DNA of 63,259 bases, filler included, from Octopus bimaculoides (Eukaryota): assembly GCF_001194135.2 (NCBI RefSeq). It is 6 parts of 6 records of this genome, joined end to end, with 100 filler letters (N's around TTAATTAATTAA, not from the genome) between each part and the next. Parts side by side here need not be neighbours in the genome. Positions count along the whole stretch, not along the records: positions 19,730 to 40,970 come from NC_068983.1; 5 more parts are not named here. One strand, written 5' to 3'. Shown piece after piece: positions 26,166 to 39,506 of the stretch. The notes beneath the pieces were generated by a model. That model made no database searches. It was not told the origin of the DNA and worked only from the letters and a program-made list of their open reading frames with translations. The translations under genes and the position numbers were made by a program. Each line of letters opens with the position of its first letter. Position 1 is the first letter of the stretch.

Positions 26166-27755
26166 ATCTATAGTTTCTCTACGTTATTTATTGTTGTGAT
26201 GAAATTATTTTGAGTTATGTTCATATGTTGATGAATGTGTTTCATTAATTCTTTATTGCTTCAATTTATGGTGATATAACTCATGCTTTTTTGTGAATAT
26301 TCTTGCTTTTGGTTTGAGTGCAGGTTTAGTTTTGCTAATGTTTACGATGCTGGTTGTAGCTGTGATGGTGGTTATAATAATGATGGTGATGATGATGCCG
26401 GTAGCATTAGTGCTGTTGATGCTGGAGATTCACATCAGCAACACTAACACTACCAGTGCCCTCATCACTATTACTGAGTCAGTATTTGGAGGTGTTTCTT
26501 TCATCCGTTTGAATTTCCCAGGTTTTTAGGGGGAAGGGTGCATATTTTTTTCCTTCCTCCTTTTTCCCTCGTTTATTACGTTTACCATGTGCTTTCTTAT
26601 TTATCACTTTCACCACAAAACATGTGACAATGGTCCAAGATGGGGAAGGTTACATCTTCAGGATCATTGTCTTTTTTGTTTCACTGTTGTTTGAGGGCTT
26701 TGAGCTGAACCGAAACATAACTCAGCCCATTGCACTCCAATCAAAACAGGATTCCCTGTATTCACAGCCCACACTTCAATTCATTGCAGTATAATACTTA
26801 TTAAACACATTTCAAACAATCTGCCTTCCATGTTAAACAAAACAGCAGTTTCCAAACAGTGATTTCTGTTCCTCAAATGTATTGTTAATTCCACTGTAAC
26901 GCAAATGTTATCACCTAAAACGTACATATTATCTACCATTTCTAACAAACCATCTAATTATTCCACTGTCTTCAGTTTATGACTGTGCAATTGTTCTTTC
27001 ATTTAATGCTTCTAGTGTTGTGGTGTGCTAAAAAGATTTGATTTCCTGTTAGCCTGCCAATGATTCCTCTCTGTATACTATGTATTCAGTGAACTTGCCA
27101 TGTAATTAGCATTAATGTAACAAGAGCAGTATATTTCATTCCTTTTCTCAACAAATGATCCCTTTAATACAAATAACCACTTCATTACAAATAACACATT
27201 CAGTAAGAGTCAGCAAGACAGACTCTTTGTAGTCATTTGACCTACTAGAAATAGCAGCAAATCTTTGTGAAATCACACCCTGACATCTATAAAAAAAAAA
27301 AAAATTTTTAAGCCATATAGTCCAGGTAGAACTATTCCTGGTTATAGGTAGAACTCTTTTGATCATAAATGGTTGACTCAGGAGTAAACAACAACAACAA
27401 TTCTTCTGATTAGAAAGAAAAATTCTTCTAATGTGTAAATGTATTATTCTAATTAATATACTAATTAATCCTCTTGTAATATAGTTAACTCAGATCAAAT
27501 ATGATGTAATACTGGTGATAATGTGTTAACTTGTTTCATGGTCAGGCTATCAGCAACTACACTGTCAACTCTAATTTAGGGTCTTTATCCTGGTATGAAG
27601 GTGGCTGGACACTCTGAGAACACAAAAATGCAATACATGTCTTTAAGAATGGCAAAACTCAATAATAGTAATTCATGAAACCTACTGAGTGGGGCCCAAG
27701 TAAGGCTTTTATATATATAGCATTGCTAACTCTCTTGACAATACCTGCATGTGGT

Positions 27756-27793
<38 letters not shown>

Positions 27794-27886
27794 TTTTTTT
27801 TTTTTAATTTTTTTTTTATAGTTTCAGCTTAGAGCTGCGGCCATGCTGATGCACCACCATGCTATATATNNNNNNNNNNNNNNNNN

Positions 27887-27924
<38 letters not shown>

Positions 27925-28146
27925 TGGCCTTGCCTTTCCTCTGAGACAGGAAAACCTACGTAAAGCCTCTGGTAGGTGCAAGGACCTAAATGAGTCTTTG
28001 CTAAGATGCTAAGAATGATTCCTTTCACATTCTCAAATGTGAGAGACATCTGCATCCCTATAAATTAACAAGTGAACTGTATCCAGCTACTTCTACTTTT
28101 GTCTTACTTTCTTTCTTTTTTTTTATTTAAACAATACATCAATTAG

Positions 28147-28193
28147 ATGAAGAGCCGATAGTGTCTATGGCTTTCCTCAGCCTTCTCGTACTG
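28147..28193 (+). other. Candidate exon
   Basis: Polypyrimidine tract ...CAATTAG| and donor CTG|GTAAGG; one open frame (D)EEPIVSMAFLSLLVL. Confidence 0.35.
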
Positions 28194-28534
28194 GTAAGGA
28201 GAATGGGGTTTGTTCCTAACCTAAAAATATACAAGTCAGTGTGTGCAGAAAAAAAACATATCCCCTAGCTATATGTCATACTCCCAGATGTTCAATGTAG
28301 ATACACTGAGACGAGAGTAGCTCTGCATTATATTAATTGCGATTTTAGAGCCTATGATATTACCACCAATTTCAGAAGAAGATAGTGAAAGAAGTTGAGC
28401 ATCAGATGCACCAGCTCTCTTTTCATTGTATGTGTTTTCTCCATACTTCTTTCTAAGTCCTTCTCATACTTCTAATCCTATTGCTTATATTTCTCAGTGC
28501 ATACGTTAGTCTACTGGCTATACATTCTTTTATT

Positions 28535-28935
28535 TTTTACTTGTTTCAGTCATTAGACTGTGACCATGCTGGAGCACCACCTTGAAGAATTCTTAATTGA
28601 ATGAATCAACCCCATTACTTATTTTATTAAGCCTGGTATTTATTTCATCAGTCTCTGTAGCCAAATCTCTAAGGGACATAAACACACCAACACCAGTTGT
28701 CAAGCAGTGATGGAGAGACAAATACAAAGATGCATACACACACACACACACACACACATATGCACACACACACACACATATATGACAAGCTTCTTTCAGT
28801 TTCCATCTACCAAATTCACTCATAAAACTTTGGTTGACTGGAGGTTATAGCAGGAGACATTTGCCCAAAGCACCATGCTGTGGGACTGAATCTATAACCA
28901 CATGGTTAGGAAGCAAACTTCTTACAACCCAGTTG
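28535..28935 (-). mobile_element. SINE family A
   Basis: Reverse complement of family A. Confidence 0.85.
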
Positions 28936-29596
28936 TATCCTAGTTATCAATGCTGTTGTTAGTAGTGATAGTTTTGTTGTTGTTGTAGTTGTTTAACTAT
29001 GGATCAGTTGCTATAATCAAACAGACCTATGATCAAAGACGTTCCAGCCAAGGCCATTACTCCTTATTTTCAAGCATTTGTATTTGTAAGAATCCATTAT
29101 CTTACAGGTTTACCCATGGCTTGAGGCACCTTATACTTAGGACTACATCACCTAAAGTATTTTGAAGACTGTAGGTTGTGGTTAGAGTGTGACTTGGCTG
29201 TTATTTCTACCTTGTTGAATAACTGAGTAATGAGTTTTCAGTCGACTTGAACATACCAGCAGACGATAGGTCATTCATCTATGCCTTTACTAGCTTAAAA
29301 TGTTGTAAGTACTGGTGTTGGATGTATTTCTATAAACTACGTGACTTGGTTATACCAGCCAATCTCAAAACAAATAAATAAATAAACAACTAAATAAATA
29401 AACTAATAAACAACTAAATAAGTAAATTAATAAACAACTAACTAAATAAATAAAAATGAAACCTTCTCCAAATTTTTAAATTTCAAATAAGTTTAAAGAA
29501 GTTATCTCCCTTGCATCTTTCAGCCGATACAGCTTTCTTCTAATGTTGTTTCTATAGCTTACTGTTGAAAAGTTTTGCTATTTCCATTATTTTTAG

Positions 29597-29673
29597 ACCT
29601 TCATTTGTACAATTGGGCCCATTCGTTTGACCACATAATAACATGTGTTGTTTATAATCATTCAAGATTACAG
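29597..29673 (+). other. Candidate exon
   Basis: TTATTTTTAG| and CAG|GTATGT; one open frame (D)LHLYNWAHSFDHIITCVVYNHSRLQ. Confidence 0.35.
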
Positions 29674-31339
29674 GTATGTTTTATGTATAGTAATATATAT
29701 ACGAATAGTTAGATACGTTTAATTGAGTTTTATCTGTTACGATAACTCCAATAACTTAGATCACTTTAGACAGTGAAAACTTCTTGTCTATCAATGTTAG
29801 GAAGTGACTGGAGTAATCGACAGAAGAGAGGTGTAAAACCCCTACAAAACCACTTGTGAAGTTGCAACTGTCTGATAAATACCGAAAATGATATATGGGT
29901 CATGTACGGACCGCACAGGGTGACCATTTTATATGCGTGTGTTTATTATTGCTGAAGGTATGTTAAGTTCTATGAAGGGCCAACTAAATTTGCTTTACGT
30001 GGAGCAGTCGAAACCCACACTATGCCATTGAATACCAACCGGATCTGGATAAACCAATGTGGACTTGGGCAAACCACAGTGGATCATCCAGATCATGCGT
30101 ATTGTTTCCGTCAGGTTTGCTTATAAGTATAGCATAATCTGTTCATCCACAGTCTCAGGTAATTGGCCATATAAACTATAAGCGAGTCATCTACATAGTC
30201 AATCCAAATAAAACGCGTGGACAGGGAGCTAGTCGCTGGAAGTGGAATGCATTACACCAGAGAGAAAAACTATACGGTAGCCAGGTTAGTGAGTTAGTTA
30301 GGCAGGACTTGATAGGGAATGATCGTCATCAGACAGTGGAAGGTACCCCAGAAGACAACTAATATAGATATGTTAGATAAAATAGATAAATGGGAAACTG
30401 GTTAGCAAAATAGAAGAACGATTAGGCAAGACATTATTTCTAGCATGCTAGCAGCGAAGATGGTGTTCAGCCATTTCTTCGACTTGCAATTCGATGGTTG
30501 TATTATCAGGTTTAAGATATGTGCCCTTATATGTAATGGAATAAAGACCATTCGACGGGACTGAGTGACAGAGGCGCGACAAAGAAACAAGGCCACAGCG
30601 CATTATAGAGTGCAGCAAACGCATAAGAGGCGGAGAGAGAACATAGGTTCGTTTGCCCGAACAAGAGAAATTGTTGATTTCTCATTGGTTAAAAATTACT
30701 GCCCATATACGAATTCTGAACTTTCATTAAAGAGATCTTTCACGAAGTACGGTTCTTAGAATTCGTGTATGAGCAGTTATAAAAACCCTGATTTTGGGGC
30801 AATTATTCAGTGATCGTTGGGTTGTCACTTAAATCCACGACACTCACTCTCAAGTGATCGTTGATTGTTAATCAAATCCACGACACTCACCCTTTTGAGT
30901 ATCGGCTAATCTTTATGCCACGTGCATAACTCAAATCCAACAAGATTGAATTATTGTGAACTCTAGTAGTTAGTATGAAAGATTAGTTAGTGTGAATTTT
31001 AAGTCGTAATTCTCTACGACAAAATGACTTTACTTTCCAATTGTACTATAAATGCCAAATGTACATAAATAAACTAATGTAGAAAATATTTTCTTTTATT
31101 TCACGTTCTTTCAACTTGTTAAATTTATTTCTGTATTTATGAAACTGTGTCTTTTTTTATGTAACGGTCAAAAGAATATGAATACTTATCTTCAACATAG
31201 ATGCACGCATCAAACACACGTTCAGCGTCTTGGTATGTATCATAACATTTACGCAGCCTGGATTAAGAGTCATGCATGGTGATAAGAAATAATAATATTT
31301 GTTATATCTTACAATCAAAATAAGATACAGTATTCGCCA

Positions 31340-33620
31340 CCGACCGTCAAAGGAGTATTACGGATGTGTGCTAGTAAATTTATAGATGGTCGTGGTTTCA
31401 CGTGGTGAAACCATCTAATAACTGATCCGTTCAGAAAGCTGGAATAGAAGATGTCATTCGAAGAAAGAACACTGTACAATGAATATCCACAGAGCCAAGC
31501 TGTAGCTTTTAAATGCCTTTTACTCCACGTCACAAATATATACAAGTCGAATAAATCACGGAAGGTATTTACAAGTGAAGGCCATATCCAGTGTCTGTGT
31601 ATCCTACGTCATAGCTGCTCAATATCTTTGCAAGAGCTAAAGGAGGTCATGTCTCGCACGCTAATGTTGCGATGACAAAGAGAAAAGACTAAGTGCCGGA
31701 ACCTCAGAGTTACACGCTGTGCCATCGAGTGGCGAACTATTTAGACAGCTACCGTCAGGGAAGGTAACTGCGCCTACAGAATCGAGATAGGTGAGAATGA
31801 TTTTTCAGCAGCACTTTTTCGACTCATCGGAAGAAGCAGTGGACTAAAGATGGAGGACATTGACATCGACCAAGAAGACCTGCTGCAACTTTCACCAGAG
31901 TGACTGGAGTGCTGCAAAAAGCTGATAATCGCTGCTGAGATACGAGAGGTACTGAACAGTTGTGTTGAGAGGAAATTGCCGGGCCTGGATTATTTCTCCA
32001 ACGAGTTTTACGTATACATGTCGGATATGTTTGATAAGATCTTGGCAGTTATATACTGCATCTGGCAGCAAAATCGGAGAAATTACACTTCTGTGGAATG
32101 GAAAGTGAAAGCGTTGTTGAAGAAGAGTGCAAGTAAGAGGAATATCATCAATAATTTCAGACTTGTAGCTCTGCTGAATGCAGATTCTTAAAAAGCTCGT
32201 AAAGAAGTTGGTACTTATGACTAGGATCGCATGGACTAGTGTTATTCTCAGCGATCTACTCTTAACAACATCTATCTCAGGCAAAACGTCGTAGAAAGTT
32301 AGGCTACAAATCTAGCTTCAGAGCAGGTCTGATTACCTGAAGAAATCGAAAGCTATTGACAGGGTCAACAACAGTTATTTCGCAGCTGTCTTCAGTGCAG
32401 CCGGTTTCAGCTTTTTCAGAAGTTGGATCGTGGCCGTTTACAACAGCATTTGCTTAGTGGTCAGAATAACTGACCATCTATCAGAACTGTTTCAGATTGC
32501 ATGATCTGATTGTTAAAGGTATCCCGTCTCATCTCTTTTGTAATTTTTGATTCTAGAGTCATTACTGCGCGAGCTGAGAGTGTTGAAAGGCGTCCAACTC
32601 GAACTGTGATGTGAAAAAGCCATGTCAGTTTATGACAATAGCGTTACATACATGTTGCCGAACATAGAAATCAGGGTAACAGGCACTATTCTGAAGGAGT
32701 ATGAGATAACAGCAGAGGCAAGTTTTAATTAGGATAAGGTTGCAACTCAGCCTCTGTAAAAGAATGTCTAAATAGGGTAGCATATGTCGCTGAAGCGAAG
32801 GTCCAGCTAAGTTACTTGAAATCCAGGAGGAATTATCAGCAAGTAGGCATGTCTCAGCTCGAGGATCGCGCAGAACTGGAAACAGTATGTATGATATTTG
32901 CAATCATTTACTGCTTTGTTACAATTCGCATCTGCTTTGACAGGAGTGTATGTTTTCTCGCGTTGTGTGTGTGTGTGCGTGTGTGTGTGTGTGTTTTCCT
33001 TTTCTCAAAGAAATGATGGTTTTCTACTGGTCAGAAAATATCTGAAGATATGCAGGCATGTGCAATAGCATTTGCAAATATCGCTCTCTGGTAACTAGAA
33101 GTAGTTTATTTTCATTTTTTTTTTTTCTTTGCAAGCACGTTTTCCTTACAGCTCGTCTCTTCGTTCGAGCTAAACTTTTTGGATTGAACGAAGACTGAAT
33201 TAAGTATCTGACATCTGGAATGATATTAAGTATTAAATGCAGCTTTGATCACTTCAGAGCTTTGATCACTATCCTGTACACCTGCATCTACTCGGTGGTC
33301 AAACTATTAATTATTACCGTATGTTCCAGTTTTTATATATGCACATGCATATCTTTCACTCTTTCTGGAAGGGCTGCGTTGTTCTGGTCTGGAGATCAGT
33401 CTTTTTGTCTATTCTCTGTGCAGAGCGCTCGATATACTATGGCTGATGATATGCATGCATGCGCTAAGGATGTAGAACGAGCAGAAATTTCTGGTTAGTG
33501 AGGTGTCGCCTCTGTTTATGAAAGATTTTTTCAGCATATACTTTTTTATAGAGCCTTGAGTCAAGTGAAGACTGCAACTGAGTACCTGACATCTGGAATA
33601 TTGTCAGGTACTCACATTTC
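31340..33620 (+). pseudogene. Decayed L1/Tx1-clade LINE ORF2 (endonuclease end plus reverse transcriptase)
   Basis: PGLDYFSNEFY...WQQN...NFRLVALLNADS (cf. PGxDGxxxEFY, NxRPIxLLNxD) and SKAIDRVNNSYFAAVFSAAGF (cf. KAFDRV); many stops and frameshifts; ends approximate. Confidence 0.8.
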
Positions 33621-34364
33621 TCTACCAGTGCAACGTGAACAGTAAGTTCTTTAGAAGACTATTGGTCAGCAAGATTGACAACGTTCTGATCGTTGATGAA
33701 CTCAATTAAATAAGAATTTCACCCCAGAGTCTACGAACTTTTAGAAATACTTGGCCTGGTAGTACTATCGAGTAGAGTTGGGTGTATTGCTGGTTCAGAA
33801 TAAACGCTAAAAACACGTTAACGTCATCTGACTGCGATACTTACAAAGAAATGAAACCATTCTGTAAGCGTTCATTTTGTAACTGAACATTGCTGACTTT
33901 TGAAGTTGTTGCCGTATGTAGGACGGATCTAGAAATCAAATGAGTTTAGCATGAGGGTCTCCTCGGTACCGTCTCTTTGGCTGAGAGGGGTAGGCAATTT
34001 TCCTATATCTTGTGACCATGACGAAAACGATTGCATAATGGACAACGTTGAAAAGACTAACGACAGGTACCTTCTTCAATCAATCTCCCGTTAACTTATT
34101 CAAGTTTTGTTTGGAGGAACGTGAGTGGACTTATTGTTAGCATATAGTTTACGCTGGAGAACCAAGCTTAGAGGGGTTACTTACTCTTGGTAGACAGAAA
34201 ATTTTGGATTGTGAATTCTTTGATNNNNNNNNNNATTGTGAATTCTTTGATCGGTCTTAGGTGACTGTCCTTCTGCTGGGATGTTTCATTTTATGCATTT
34301 GTATATTGTTTTCTATGCCTATTTATGTGGGGGGGGGATTGAGGGAGGAGCGAAAATGTAGTTG

Positions 34365-35112
34365 AAGGAGCGTGGCTTAGTAGTTAGGATACATAATTCA
34401 CGATCATAATGTCGCAAGTTCGATTTCCGGCAGATCGTTAAGCCCTTGGGCAGGACACATTGTTTCACATTGCCTCAGTCCATCCAGCTGGCAAAAATGA
34501 GTAGTACCTGTAATTCAAAGGGGCCAGCCTTGTCACAGTCTATGTCACACTGAATCTCCCAAAGAACTACATTAAGGGTGTAGGGAAGTGGTTCTACACC
34601 ATTAGGTGTACACCGCTTCCGTACATTAAATTTCTAGAAGAAACAACGGAACGCAGATTCTGAACAACACAACAATATTTATTTACAGTGGAATTCAGTT
34701 CACGCTTGGAGGGAATTCGGTAGCTCGTCGCCCTCGGTTGCTGAGACGCCTCCTGAATGATTTCCGTGGTTATTTGTGAAGCTCTGGTGCTGACATGTGA
34801 GAGAGCTCTGTTGGACGTCTTGGCTCGACGGAGATCAGTCAACGAAGAGACTGAGAAAAGGCGCCAGAGCTGGGTGTCGAACTCTACGCATGCGCATGAG
34901 ACTCTTCCTGTATTCCTTCCGGAACTAGTCCCTGCGCATGCGTGGATAAAACTCCGGACATTGAACATATAACAGTCGTCTGCTATAAGGTGTCACTACA
35001 AGGGTAATCGTGTCCGTGGAGCATTCAGCCACTTGCACATTAATTTCGCGAGCAGGTTGTTCCATTGATCAGATTAACTGGAACCCTTGTTGTCATAATT
35101 GACAGAGTGCCA
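34365..35112 (+). mobile_element. SINE family D split by an insertion (34365-34578 and 35001-35112)
   Basis: Consensus CTAC(G/A)TTAAGGG-TA..GTGTC resumes at 35001. Confidence 0.85.
34579..35000 (-). mobile_element. Probable solo LTR (422 bp), 4-bp TSD
   Basis: TG...CA ends, short IR TGTAGGGA / TCACTACA, TSD AGGG at 34575-34578 and 35001-35004, AATAAA on the minus strand near 34680. Confidence 0.75.
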
Positions 35113-35193
35113 TTTTGAGAATGTTTTAGAATGTGCTGCCTCCCAGAAAATTTGCTGAAAGGTGGATGAGGGTGGCAAACAGGTTTCAGCAAA

Positions 35194-35225
35194 GGGTTAG
35201 GGTTAGGGTTAGGGTTAGGGTTAAG
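35194..35225 (+). repeat. Interstitial (TTAGGG)4
   Basis: GGG-TTAGGG x4-TTAAG. Confidence 0.9.
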
Positions 35226-35319
35226 CATGGCCCTGTAGATTGAGACAGAACATTTGCTTAAGCAGTCAAGGTGACTATGATTCTGAGAGTTTTCCATAAG
35301 TAACACTCTGAGATACCCT

Positions 35320-35490
35320 ACTTATTTCTTTATTGCCCACAAGGGGCTAAACATAGAGGGGACAAACAAAGACAGACAAAGAGATTAAGTCGATTACATC
35401 GACCCCAGTGCCTAACTGGTACTTTATTTATCGACCCCGAAAGGATGAAATACCACAAAATATTTCGCCCAGCGTGCTAACGTTTCTGCT
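35320..35490 (-). mobile_element. SINE family B
   Basis: Matches 17728-17975. Confidence 0.85.
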
Positions 35491-36202
35491 AAATTATTCT
35501 TTGTTTGAATTTTTTTATTTTTTTATTATATTATTTTCCTTTTTACATGCTTTTTTATGGTTTCTCATACTATCATACCAATCTCCATGTTTTTTACCAT
35601 CATCATCATCATCATCACCATTATGACACATGTATCAAACATACACTCCACCCTTCATCTTTCCAACCTTGCCACCGAATTTTTCTCNNNNNNNNNNTTA
35701 ATTCTATGTCGGAAAGTACAAAGATTGCAATTCAGAAAAAACAAATATTTTGTAAAACTTCGGTATTTTTTTTTTTTTTTTTTTTTTTAAATTTCCACTT
35801 TTCTCTTAACTTTCAGGATATTACATCCCTATATCAATTTTCTAGACATTTTAAAATTCGTCAGGTCATTTGTACATGTGAGGATGCATGTTGCACCTGC
35901 AGATGAAATACAAGAAGCCTCAATGTAATCACTTGAGAAACATAAAATAACCACTTGAATGCTACCATGTTGTGAGGAAAGAAAATTCGGGATACAATAG
36001 TGACAGTTTAAAAAGTGCTAATGATGTGTTATAAGAAAGAAACACTTCATCACTTAGGTAGGCTTATGAAGATTGAAAAAAAAGGATCAGAAAATTTGCC
36101 TTGTTTTGAGTAATTAAGACAATTTGAAACTTTAAAAATCACTCAACACCATGGTAAAAAAAAGCAGAACATTTGGATGCAGACTCTGTTTTACTTTTCC
36201 TT

Positions 36203-36640
36203 CGTCGTTTAACGTCTGCTTTCCATGCTACCATGGGTTGGACGATTTGACCGAGGACTGGCAAGCCAGCAGGCTGCACCAGGCTCCAATCTGATCTGGC
36301 AGAGTTTCTACAGCTGGATGTCCTTCCTAACACCAACCACTGAGAGTGTAGTGGGTGTTTTTACGTGCCACTGGCACGAGGGCCAGTCACACGGTGCTGG
36401 CAACGACCACGCTCAAAAAGGTGTTTTTTACATGCCACCTGCACGGGAGCCAGTCCAGCGGCACTGGCAACGACCTCGCTCAAATGATTTTCTAACGTGC
36501 CACCAGCACAAGTGCCAGAAGGTGACGCTAGTAATGATTCCGCTCAAATGGTGCTATTTACAGGCCACTAGCACGGAAGCCAGACAGCTGCTCTGGCAAT
36601 GAACATGCTTGGGCAGTGCTGTTAGTGCTCCACTGGCACA
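36203..36640 (-). mobile_element. RTE-LINE 3' tail / family C repeat
   Basis: Reverse complement of ...GGAAGGGCATCCAGCTGTAGAAAC...CCAACCCATGCTAGCATGGAAAGCGGACGTTAAACGATGATG; copies at 41071, 41905, 47500 and 59640. Confidence 0.8.
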
Positions 36641-36944
36641 GGTGCCAGTTATCAATGAAAATGGAGTAGATTGGTGGCAATATTTTACTTAATATTTCAT
36701 TGGAAGTTGGTTTGTGTAAGTGAGAGCAGCTATCCTGATGCATTTCTTATCGCTGTCAGGTGGATACTGTTATTCCAATAGCTGGAGAAGTGGGGATATA
36801 AAGCTTTAAACATTTCTTCAAGAAAGTAGAATTATACAGATGAAAAATGCAAACTCTACTTTCGTTTCTTATTATTGAAGGTGGGGGTTGGGGGTTGAGG
36901 GCAAAAAACTTACCTGTTATTTTGGTAGAAGTATAAAGCAGCAA

Positions 36945-37150
36945 GTTGGCAGAACATGAGCACTCCGAGCAAAACGCAAAACACTTAGCAGAATTTCATC
37001 CGCCATTACATTCTGAGTTAAAATTTCACTGAGGTCATATTTGCCTTTCATCCTTTCAAGGTTGATAAAATAGGTACCAGTTGAACACTGGGGTCAATGT
37101 AATCTGCCTACTCCATCTCCTGAAATTTCTCTCCTTGTGCCAAAATTTGA
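36945..37150 (+). mobile_element. SINE family B
   Basis: Family B core. Confidence 0.75.
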
Positions 37151-37295
37151 AACTGTTATGATTGTTATTGTTACTAGGGAACTGGCCAAGTGCATAGTAT
37201 CAACAAACCCCAATCCCTAAAAATTGCTGGCTTTGCACCTAAATGAGAAACCATGATTATTATTATTATTATAATTATTATTATTATTATTATTG

Positions 37296-37555
37296 TTCAG
37301 TAGTTTTATTTTTATAACGTGCTTTCACTTCACAACCGAGCGCAGCTCTGTGCGCCTTGGGTATGTGCTGTGGTTTGCTGTGGTGTTCTTATGTTTACTG
37401 TATTGAAAGTGTTTTGCATAGAATGTGTGCAGTACCCAGTAGTGCAATTTTCTGTATGCTATATATATTTGTCGAGGTCTATATTTACATTATTTTTCTT
37501 CCATATTTTATATGTATGTGTTGTTGCGTTTTCATTTTTTGGGGTAGAGCACTGC
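37296..37555 (-). mobile_element. Internally deleted R4/Dong-clade derivative in (TAA)n
   Basis: 37467-37555 matches 63038-63122 (ORF N-terminus). 37296-37459 matches 60965-61127 (IQKIALLGTAHIL.KTLSIQ* plus 3'UTR). Flanked by (TTA)n. Confidence 0.85.
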
Positions 37556-37574
37556 TATCATTATTATTATTATT

Positions 37575-37770
37575 GATTAAGCACGTTGGGCAAAATGCTT
37601 AATGGCGTTTTGTCCATCTTCGTGTTCTGAATTTAAATTCCGCCAAGGTAGACTTTTCCTTTCATCCTTTCGAGGTCGTTAGAATAAGTACCAGTTAACT
37701 AAAGAGGTCAATGTCATCAACTTACATCCTCTTTCAAAATTGCTGGCATTGTACCAAAATCTGAAATCAT
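37575..37770 (+). mobile_element. SINE family B
   Basis: Family B core. Confidence 0.75.
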
Positions 37771-37785
37771 TATTGTTATAATTGA

Positions 37786-37819
<34 letters not shown>

Positions 37820-37884
37820 AGTAGTAATAGTAGTAGTAGTTGATGTGGATGATATTAAAATGATAGAAGAGATGATGATGATGG

Positions 37885-37935
<51 letters not shown>

Positions 37936-38670
37936 CGATGGTGATGACGGTGATGATAGTGATTAGATAAAGCACTACATGCAGCTATGTGATGCTGGCA
38001 CCTATTGCCATCTGTGAATTGTATATCCACAATTTCATTTGATTTGGCAGAAACTGTAAACAACCAGTATAACTTCCATTTATTTATTTATTTATTTTCT
38101 GTCTATCATTTAGTGAAGGTCATCAAAACATAAGATAATGTTGTATATCCCATAATTAGGTTAACAATGTGGAAAACTGCTGTTTCTCTCTTAGGTTTTG
38201 TTATTATCAGGTATGATAAAACAAACAATCTCCTGCCATAGAACTAACAACAACCACAACAACAACACCACCACCAACAACAACAACAACAACAACAACA
38301 CAAGCAATAAAAATACAATCAGAATAAAGGAAAAATGCTAAGCATATATGCTGATGTATTAGCAAGTAGGTTTGAAGTGGTATGTTTTTACGCCCAAACC
38401 AACAAGTTTCATTTTTATTGGTGCAGCGGGTTGAGTAAGAGAAGAGTTTATCAATCCAATTAATTTAAGCCATCAATAAAACACAATTAGTGAATGTGTT
38501 TCACACAAAAAGCACTTTAAATCAATCAGTTTTCTGTCTCCAGTCACTGTTATTTAGTATTCCATTAATGATGAATTCGTCCTATTGTTTCTCTGATTTC
38601 TTTTTAAGTGTTGGCTGCCACCGTAACCCCACCATCACTGTTGATGTTTGTTATCATCCTCACCCCCCAA

Positions 38671-38711
<41 letters not shown>

Positions 38712-39471
38712 ACAACATCACAGTCATCACTACCACCACTACCAACACCACTATCACCACCACCACCACCACCACCACTATCATCACCTTCATCAGCATC
38801 ATTATTGTTAATACCAGACTTTACTATTATTATTATTATTATTTTTTTTTTTTTTTTTTAATTTATAGAACACAGAGAACTATAAATGTTATTACTTTAG
38901 TGATGACAACACCAACCATTTGTATAATTACTATCGATTGTTCTAGAAGGAAATAAAAACAAAAGGAAAGGGAGAAAAAAAGAGAAAGAAGAAATCATAG
39001 TTAAAATGCTTATTGAGAAATCCATTATCAAGATTCATTCTGTTGAGATAACTCACTGAGTTTTAGTCTGGTATATGACATGTAATTACAGCAATTGTAG
39101 GATATCATTTCAAATCTTTATCAAGTGCACACAGAACATTGTAATATATCAATGTTCTGAAATATCACCTCTACAATTATATGATATTACATAGCAATTT
39201 TAAATGTTTATTATATTCTTACAGATGTATTTGTGAAGAACTTTTTGCAAGATGCCATGTCATTAGACATTTGTGTCTTAAGCGTGAAATCTAATAAATG
39301 ATTGTTGTAGCATAGGTGGATCAAGTGACGGGAACAGGCGTTTATGCACTTAGCTTTTGTAAGTTTGGATTTCATTATTACAGGTGACTCCAACTTCCCT
39401 CTGATGTCTGAGTGCAAAAAGCTTCTTCTCTTTATTTATGTATCTATTTATTTATTTACTTATTGATTGGT

Positions 39472-39506
<35 letters not shown>

